IMG/VR virus record: IMGVR_UViG_3300025679_000008
Span: 1 to 62,587 of that record
From: a virus
Lineage: Duplodnaviria; Caudoviricetes
Strand: one strand, 5' to 3'
DNA length: 62,587 nt
The notes beneath the pieces were generated by a model. That model searched no databases, was not told where the DNA came from, and saw nothing but the letters and a program-made list of their open reading frames with translations. Position 1 is the first letter of the stretch; each line of letters begins with the position of its first letter. The position numbers were made by a program, and so were the translations under genes. Of the stretch, positions 57,355 through 62,587 are shown piece by piece.

Positions 57355-57453
57355 TGGCTGGAGGACGGTTGCAGGGGCGCCCAGCCGCACCCCAGGAGGA
57401 CTCTCCCGGAGACTTTCCCTTCTCCGGACTCAGGAGATCCCGACCGTCCCAGC
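57355..57453 (-). ncRNA. Candidate structured RNA (three-stem, ends ...CCAGCCA)
   Basis: Closing stem 57357-57370/57442-57453; hairpins 57374-57393 and 57406-57427. Confidence 0.35.
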
Positions 57454-57501
57454 GGTGGCTTCTCGAAAGACATGTAGGGTCGCATGGTAGGTTTTAGCTG
57501 C

Positions 57502-58152
57502 CTATGCGTTATCGCCGGATGCTTTCGCGGCCGGGAAAGGGATTACTTCTCTGCCAAAGGGCTTGATCATCTTCTCGGGATTGAAGTCGGCAAAGGTCCT
57601 GGCGTCGAGCAGCGCCGCGCGGACGTTGCCCTCGGCCGACAGAGCAATGTCCTCGGCCTCCTCGAGCGGGATCCCGAGATCCAGGAGCATCGCCGACATA
57701 GCCAGGTGCGGGACCTTCTCAAACGGGATCTGCTGGAACCTGGTCTGGAAGCGCTCCTGGAGGTTCTCGAGCTCCAGGTTGCTCGTCACGATCGCGAAGG
57801 CCTCGACCGGCAGGATGTCCAACCAGGACAGCATGAGATCCTGCGCGTCCCTGCTCGCCCGGTCGACCTCGTCGATGATCCAGACGATGTTGCCACCGTG
57901 GAGCGGCCGGCTCTGGGTCTGGTCGATCCACTGGCGCACCTGGGCGACGGTGACCTCCTTGCCGTTGTAGGTAAGCGTGGACCACTTGTGCGGATCCACG
58001 GCCGCGGCGATCTCCAGGGCGAGTGTTGACTTGCCTGTGCCGGCCGGGCCGTAAAAGAGGTACTTGTAGGGGCCGCGGGCGCGGTAGGCGGGATCCTGGA
58101 GGAGCGCCCGGAACTTGGCCTGCAGCTGGCCGGCTTTGCCGATTAGGTTCAT
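57502..58152 (-). CDS. AAA+ ATPase, clamp-loader/RFC-like
   Basis: LFYGPAGTGKS, IIDEVD, TSN...RFQTR, GNVRAAL. Confidence 0.88.
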   Translation of the reverse strand: MNLIGKAGQLQAKFRALLQDPAYRARGPYKYLFYGPAGTGKSTLALEIAAAVDPHKWSTLTYNGKEVTVAQVRQWIDQTQSRPLHGGNIVWIIDEVDRASRDAQDLMLSWLDILPVEAFAIVTSNLELENLQERFQTRFQQIPFEKVPHLAMSAMLLDLGIPLEEAEDIALSAEGNVRAALLDARTFADFNPEKMIKPFGREVIPFPAAKASGDNA

Positions 58153-58592
58153 TTGTGGCCCCTCAATATTGCCTGGCGGCGCTGTTGTTTGTCGGCGAGC
58201 TGCGCGGGATCATCCATCCGGCGAGCGAACACCCACACGCCATTGAACTTGAACCGGACACTGCATTCGTGGCGCCGGGCATAGTCGACGGCCGCAATGC
58301 AAGCCTGCTCGATCTCGGATACGGCCGGCGCCGTCATCGTCATAGATTTTACCGGAAAGGGCGTCGCTGGGCCCTGCGCAGACTCCTTCTCCATGAGCTC
58401 GAGCATCTTCTTCAGTTTCTTGATGCTCTCCTCGATTGCCTCGCCGGGATAGAATCCGAATCCGTAGCCGTGAGGATTCCCAAAAGCATCCTCGAATTGA
58501 AACGTGACGCAGGTGTTGACCGCGCCAGGCGGAGAGTTGTGGCATAGCTCCACACCCTTGAATGTTACAAACCAAGACATGCTTTTACTCAC
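58149..58592 (-). CDS. Hypothetical protein
   Basis: C-terminal IEQAC..A...A.....V.F.FNGV. Confidence 0.65.
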   Translation of the reverse strand: MSKSMSWFVTFKGVELCHNSPPGAVNTCVTFQFEDAFGNPHGYGFGFYPGEAIEESIKKLKKMLELMEKESAQGPATPFPVKSMTMTAPAVSEIEQACIAAVDYARRHECSVRFKFNGVWVFARRMDDPAQLADKQQRRQAILRGHK

Positions 58593-58777
58593 GTCCGATC
58601 CCTCCTGCCGGAGCTGGCGGCCTTCTTGAGCTCCGCCAGCTCTTCCCGGGACTCGAACAGCGACCGGTTACACTTCGCGTTGATCTCGGAGAGCTTCCGA
58701 TTCTCCTGGGCGAGCGCGAGGTTTTGCCAGATGGACTCGGTCAGCTTGTCCTCGGTGGTCTTCTTGGTGTCGCTCAT
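58589..58777 (-). CDS. Small coiled-coil protein
   Basis: Coupled ORF. Confidence 0.6.
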   Translation of the reverse strand: MSDTKKTTEDKLTESIWQNLALAQENRKLSEINAKCNRSLFESREELAELKKAASSGRRDRT

Positions 58778-59097
58778 TTCAGTAGGCTCCCGTATTTGGT
58801 CTTGAACTCGTTGAAGGCCTCCGAATGCCGGCGATACGCCACCGCCATTTGGTCCCGCAGGCGCTCGCGTACCAGGCAGGAGGGAGCCTGCTTGTATATC
58901 TCGTGCAGCCTCTCTGTCTCGGCCTTCCAGAACTTAACCTCGAGGCTGTCACGCTCGAGCTGCTCCATACGGGCCTTGTGCTTGCGGGTGTGGACCACGC
59001 AGGCCTTAAAGCATTCATAGATGACGTATCCAACCGCGCAGAGCGGGATCGCTAGTAGGACCAGGCCTACGACTGCTTCCAATGCGCGAGGGCTCAT
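58774..59097 (-). CDS. Membrane-anchored hypothetical protein
   Basis: N-terminal TM helix. Confidence 0.65.
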   Translation of the reverse strand: MSPRALEAVVGLVLLAIPLCAVGYVIYECFKACVVHTRKHKARMEQLERDSLEVKFWKAETERLHEIYKQAPSCLVRERLRDQMAVAYRRHSEAFNEFKTKYGSLLK

Positions 59098-59444
59098 CCC
59101 GTGAGCCTCCTCCAGAACCCCTTTGGAGCCTCCTCCTCAATGATCCCTGGCACGTCGACCAGCTGCAGCGGCGCCGGCCTCAGGTTCACGATCGCGTCCA
59201 CGTCCAGCTCGACGCCGGCGAGCGCCTGGCGAATCAGGGCCGGCAGCTGCTTCCGGAGCTCCGGATCCATGTCCGAGAAGTTGACGCAGTGAAGGAGCCG
59301 GAGCCTGGCCATCGCATCACGATCGGGAATGGCCCGGGTGGCTGCGAGGATCTCGTCGATCGTGCAGATCGAGAACCAGCCCTTGCGAACCATGTTCGCG
59401 AGCGCGGCCTTGACCATGAGGGATGTGGTGGGATCGACGGTCAT
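59094..59444 (-). CDS. Conserved phage hypothetical protein
   Basis: FSICTID...LRLLHCVNFSDM. Confidence 0.75.
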   Translation of the reverse strand: MTVDPTTSLMVKAALANMVRKGWFSICTIDEILAATRAIPDRDAMARLRLLHCVNFSDMDPELRKQLPALIRQALAGVELDVDAIVNLRPAPLQLVDVPGIIEEEAPKGFWRRLTG

Positions 59445-59887
59445 ACCTTCTTCGGCTTGTCCGTCTCGGGCCCGCTGTTCTTCAGCATCTCGGCCATGTC
59501 CATCTTGACCAGCTCGAGCGTGCCGATCGTCTCAACGAAGGTCGCCTTCGGGAAGCGCGCGAGGACCGCGTGGATCTGATCTCTCATAGCCTCGGGATCC
59601 TCGGGCAGGTGCTCGACCTCGGGGTTAGGGAGGGCGGTGAGGGTAGGCACCGTCGGCTTCTTGAGCAACAGGTGGGCGTAAGTCTCCGGCTCGTCGAGCC
59701 GGTAGGATTTCCTCTCAAGGCTATCTCCCGGCCACGAGATGAAGACCGTACTAATGTGGTGAAATGGTTCTTCGGGACGACGTGGTGGTGCCACGGATGA
59801 TTGCCAGCGGTCGACCTTGCCCACGGCGCCGGTCGGCAAATAGACCCGGGCGAGGACCTTCAGGGATCTCAGTTGGTCGGGCGTCAT
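59441..59887 (-). CDS. Hypothetical protein
   Basis: Coupled ORF. Confidence 0.65.
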   Translation of the reverse strand: MTPDQLRSLKVLARVYLPTGAVGKVDRWQSSVAPPRRPEEPFHHISTVFISWPGDSLERKSYRLDEPETYAHLLLKKPTVPTLTALPNPEVEHLPEDPEAMRDQIHAVLARFPKATFVETIGTLELVKMDMAEMLKNSGPETDKPKKV

Positions 59888-60138
59888 ACTCGGGAGAGGA
59901 CCGCGGTGTAGATCTCGCGCTTTGCCGGCGCGCTGACAGATCCCTTCTCGGCCAGGTGGACGTTGATATTCACTCCGCGCGGAAGCGTCCCGAAATATTC
60001 GATGGCGGCACAGAACGCGGCGACCGCGCCGCTATTCGTCGAGCTGGCGATCTTGGCATCCTTGCCGGATCCGGCGCGCGCAATGTTGGTGGCGGCGCCC
60101 AGCTTGACCTTGATAGTGACCGTGTTGGCTTTCTTCAT
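59884..60138 (-). CDS. Hypothetical protein (MKKANTVTIK...)
   Basis: ATGA overlap at 60135-60138. Confidence 0.6.
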   Translation of the reverse strand: MKKANTVTIKVKLGAATNIARAGSGKDAKIASSTNSGAVAAFCAAIEYFGTLPRGVNINVHLAEKGSVSAPAKREIYTAVLSRV

Positions 60139-60428
60139 GATTCGTCCACCAGGCGGTACCTCTCCCTGGTCTCGGCGTCGATCGGCGCGAAGCCCGTGAA
60201 GGCCTTGCCATCGTGCTTCATCTCGTCCCAATGGCCTTCCGAGTCCCGGTAGATGATCCGGCGGTAGTAGCCGTAGGCCCAGAGCAGGAACGGCACGATC
60301 CGCTCGGCGTCGTTGGTCACGCTTACGCTGCCCGTGTCGAGATCCGTGACCAGGCAGGCACCGTCGGCAAATTGTATCCCGTAGGCGCAGCGCAGCGGCT
60401 CGAGCTTGGGTTCGATGCGGGACTTCAT
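60135..60428 (-). CDS. Conserved phage hypothetical protein
   Basis: SVTNDAE...RRIIYRDSEGHWDE...FTGFAPI. Confidence 0.78.
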   Translation of the reverse strand: MKSRIEPKLEPLRCAYGIQFADGACLVTDLDTGSVSVTNDAERIVPFLLWAYGYYRRIIYRDSEGHWDEMKHDGKAFTGFAPIDAETRERYRLVDES

Positions 60429-60814
60429 TCCTTCTCCTCCAGGGCCGCCGGCAGCTCCACGCCGTCCTCACCAAAGCACGCCGAGCACTTGTCCTCGCCG
60501 ACCCAGTGACACGGGGCGCCGGTCTTGGCTACGCACTGGCTGCAGTCGTCCTGGGTGCATCCGCACTTCCTGCAGGTCCGGACGGCGGGAGGAGCTTCTG
60601 AAACCTCGCCGGTCTTTTTGTCGATCAGGATCCTCCTGGTCTTGAACCTGGGCACATCGAATCCGAGCTTGAGCAGCTCCACGCCCAGGATCCGGCCCTC
60701 CTTAGCCCGCTCCTGGTCCATCCTGGCAACCGCCCGGGATCCAACGCCAGGCTCACGCTTCCCCTGGGCGAAGCCGCCGGCTACGTGGGGATGCGCTCCG
60801 ATCATCTTGCTCAT
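60425..60814 (-). CDS. Cys-rich domain protein
   Basis: CRKCGCT..DC..C......CHWV..DKCSAC. Confidence 0.75.
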   Translation of the reverse strand: MSKMIGAHPHVAGGFAQGKREPGVGSRAVARMDQERAKEGRILGVELLKLGFDVPRFKTRRILIDKKTGEVSEAPPAVRTCRKCGCTQDDCSQCVAKTGAPCHWVGEDKCSACFGEDGVELPAALEEKE

Positions 60815-61191
60815 GCAACCTCCAGGTAGATCGGCCGGCCGCAGATGCCCTTCAAATGATCCGCGCGGCGGTATATCCGTCTCTTGTTCGGCTCATACTG
60901 GTAGGACGCTGGATATATCTCCATGCCCAGCTGGTGCTGTCCGGGTTTGCAGGGCAGCTGGATTTCCGGCGGAAACTCCAGCGCTGCGGCCATCGGCATG
61001 TAGCCCTCGAGGCCGTCGGCCGCCACAAATAGAGCTACGCCGTAGCCGGCAGGCAGGCGCCTCTGATTCTCCAGGATCTCGGCTTCGCGCTCGAGGACGA
61101 TCGCGTCTCCGGCTTTGGCTCGCTCGATGATCTTGTCGTAGTCCAGCCGGGTAAGGTGGATCTCGATGTCGTGGTCTCCGTAGTGGCTCAT
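60811..61191 (-). CDS. Hypothetical protein
   Basis: Coupled ORF. Confidence 0.65.
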   Translation of the reverse strand: MSHYGDHDIEIHLTRLDYDKIIERAKAGDAIVLEREAEILENQRRLPAGYGVALFVAADGLEGYMPMAAALEFPPEIQLPCKPGQHQLGMEIYPASYQYEPNKRRIYRRADHLKGICGRPIYLEVA

Positions 61192-61403
61192 TTGTCGAAG
61201 AACCTCCGGCGCCTCTCTTCGTCCTCTCGGGCGTCATCATGCTCCTCGAGGCTGTCCTCCAGGTCCCGCTCCACTTCCTTCAGGAGCTCCTTGCAGCCGC
61301 CAGGATAGAACTCGTTCACGATCATCCCGGCCACCAGGCACAGGGCCACGATCGCAGCGATGAACCAGCCGAAGGCCCGGAGGAGTGAGAAGAGGAGGGT
61401 CAA
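61188..61403 (-). CDS. Small membrane protein
   Basis: TM helix plus charged tail. Confidence 0.6.
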   Translation of the reverse strand: MTLLFSLLRAFGWFIAAIVALCLVAGMIVNEFYPGGCKELLKEVERDLEDSLEEHDDAREDEERRRRFFDK

Positions 61404-61768
61404 GGTGTGCCTTTACGGCCGGCGTCGTAGGCGGTAGCGGCCTTTTTCATGGACTCGAGCGCAACCAGGAGATGCTGTTCGGCTTCCTGGAAATGCCGGC
61501 TGTACGTGCGCCTCGCCCGGGCCTCGTCGCAGAAGTGGGTAACGATCTCGACCAATATCGGCATACCAAGATCCACGTTGCCGGACATCACCTGCAGATC
61601 CCTTAGCCGTTGCGCCAGGGATCCCGTGCCGCGGGCTGTCAGGATGATCCCCACCTGCCGCGGGATGTACTTCGCGCGCAGGCCCAGGATCTCATGCCAA
61701 TCGCTCCCGACCAGGGTTATGCTGCGGAACGTCTCCGGCGGCCGCTCGTTGATCTTGTCGGCGCTCAA
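61400..61768 (-). CDS. Hypothetical protein
   Basis: Coupled ORF. Confidence 0.6.
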   Translation of the reverse strand: MSADKINERPPETFRSITLVGSDWHEILGLRAKYIPRQVGIILTARGTGSLAQRLRDLQVMSGNVDLGMPILVEIVTHFCDEARARRTYSRHFQEAEQHLLVALESMKKAATAYDAGRKGTP

Positions 61769-62109
61769 GGTGTAGGAGTCGGCGTCGGGGCCCTGGTCGG
61801 CGCGGCCGTGGGATACGGCGGCGGTGTCGGGGTCGGCGTGGGACTAAGCGGCGGAGCGGCCGTCGGGTACGGTGGCGCCGTGGGCGTGGGCGTGGGGCTT
61901 ATGGGCGGTGCCACAGTGGGATATGGCGGAGCCGTGGGGGTCGGTGTCGGCGAAGGGAACGTAGCAAAGAGCGGCGTCGGCGTCACGAACGGGAGAAAGA
62001 AAGGCGTCGGCCGCGGCAGGAATGCCCGGAGCGGCGCCGGCGGCGGCGTTGGCCGCACGTACGCCAGGGCGGCCGCGGGGACCAGGAGGATCAGCAGTGC
62101 CCGCCTCAT
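61765..62109 (-). CDS. Secreted Pro/Thr-rich repeat protein
   Basis: MRRALLILLVPAAALA|Y then three PTPTPT(A/P)PPYPTxAP repeats; ATGA-coupled. Confidence 0.7.
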   Translation of the reverse strand: MRRALLILLVPAAALAYVRPTPPPAPLRAFLPRPTPFFLPFVTPTPLFATFPSPTPTPTAPPYPTVAPPISPTPTPTAPPYPTAAPPLSPTPTPTPPPYPTAAPTRAPTPTPTP

Positions 62110-62587
62110 GACTTCAAGCCCGACAGGTACTCGTCTATCCACGCCACGGCCTGCTTCGCGTAGGTGTTGTTCTCCGGGGTATGCCCCTTCGAGATCGGCA
62201 TGTACCACTTCTCGGAAAGCCGGCTCTGATCGTGCGGCATGGTCTTATCCTTGCGCCCCTTCTCGAGCGTTCCCACCAGGCATGCGCACTCGCCTTCGTA
62301 CATGTGGCCGTCGATCTTTCCGGCAACCAAGGCCTTCCTCAGCTCCTGGATCTCATCGACCGTAGCCATAGCCAGGATCGCAGCATGATCGGCCTTGGTG
62401 GCCTCGAGCGGATTGCTTGAATAGATCTTGCCGGACACGTAGACCGAGCCCTCGACGGTGCCGTACACGTCGACCGAGCCCACTTTGGCGGTGGCGTACA
62501 CGTCGACCGAGCCCACTTTGGCGGTGGCGTACACGTCGACCGAGCCCTCGACGGTGCCGTACACGTAGACCGAGCCCACTTTGGCGG
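62106..62587 (-). CDS. C-terminal part of the junction-spanning repeat protein
   Basis: Repeats followed by LRKALVAGKIDGHMYEGECACLVGTL...SRLSEKWY...GHTPENN...WIDE. Confidence 0.85.
   Translation of the reverse strand, partial: AKVGSVYVYGTVEGSVDVYATAKVGSVDVYATAKVGSVDVYGTVEGSVYVSGKIYSSNPLEATKADHAAILAMATVDEIQELRKALVAGKIDGHMYEGECACLVGTLEKGRKDKTMPHDQSRLSEKWYMPISKGHTPENNTYAKQAVAWIDEYLSGLKS
62452..62577. repeat. 126-bp exact copy of positions 1-126
   Basis: Direct comparison of the two ends. Confidence 0.92.

Noticed and set aside
57355-57453. True tRNA gene
   Set aside because: No TTC T-loop, D-loop or 7-nt anticodon loop
62452-62587. Biological direct terminal repeat
   Set aside because: The overlap lies inside a coding tandem repeat and diverges after 126 bp, typical of an assembly break
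1-62587. Stop-codon reassignment or integrated prophage
   Set aside because: Genes tile densely in the standard code with all three stops used; no integrase or host flanks recognised

Overview
Near-complete, probably circular (or circularly permuted) ~62.5-kb GC-rich tailed dsDNA phage genome with podovirus-like architecture. The contig is opened inside a tandem coding repeat: 1-126 is identical to 62452-62577. Layout: (i) a long leftward early/replication operon running from ~4240 through the contig junction to 47441, with many small ATGA/GTGA-coupled genes, RadC/JAB, AAA+ ATPase, Arc-like regulator, putative annealase, DUF2800-like nuclease, transglycosylase-like protein and SF2 helicase; (ii) a putative small terminase plus a ~650-bp structured non-coding region; (iii) a leftward block with a GT9 glycosyltransferase and an AAA_25 helicase; (iv) a rightward late region (9994-47454) with scaffold, N4-gp56-like major capsid, adaptor, GSGYT-repeat fibre, a split nozzle-like locus, a glycosyl/methyl/acetyltransferase cassette, large terminase, ejection/polyvalent proteins interrupted by a HAD + PurD-like ATP-grasp cassette, portal, a fibre module, and holin-like, lipoprotein and class-3 lipase genes. 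I recognised no integrase, DNA polymerase, reverse transcriptase, tRNA or CRISPR array. The host may be Verrucomicrobia (Opitutae); this is an inference from recalled protein similarity. The most striking observation is that four consecutive fibre-module proteins (40882-45276), including a 914-aa tail-fibre-like protein and its chaperone-like neighbour, all begin with Sec-type signal peptides, which suggests extracytoplasmic fibre assembly or surface display. CTCGAG and GGATCC palindromes are also strongly over-represented except in a 2.6-kb island. All family calls come from motif recognition by eye, not from database searches.
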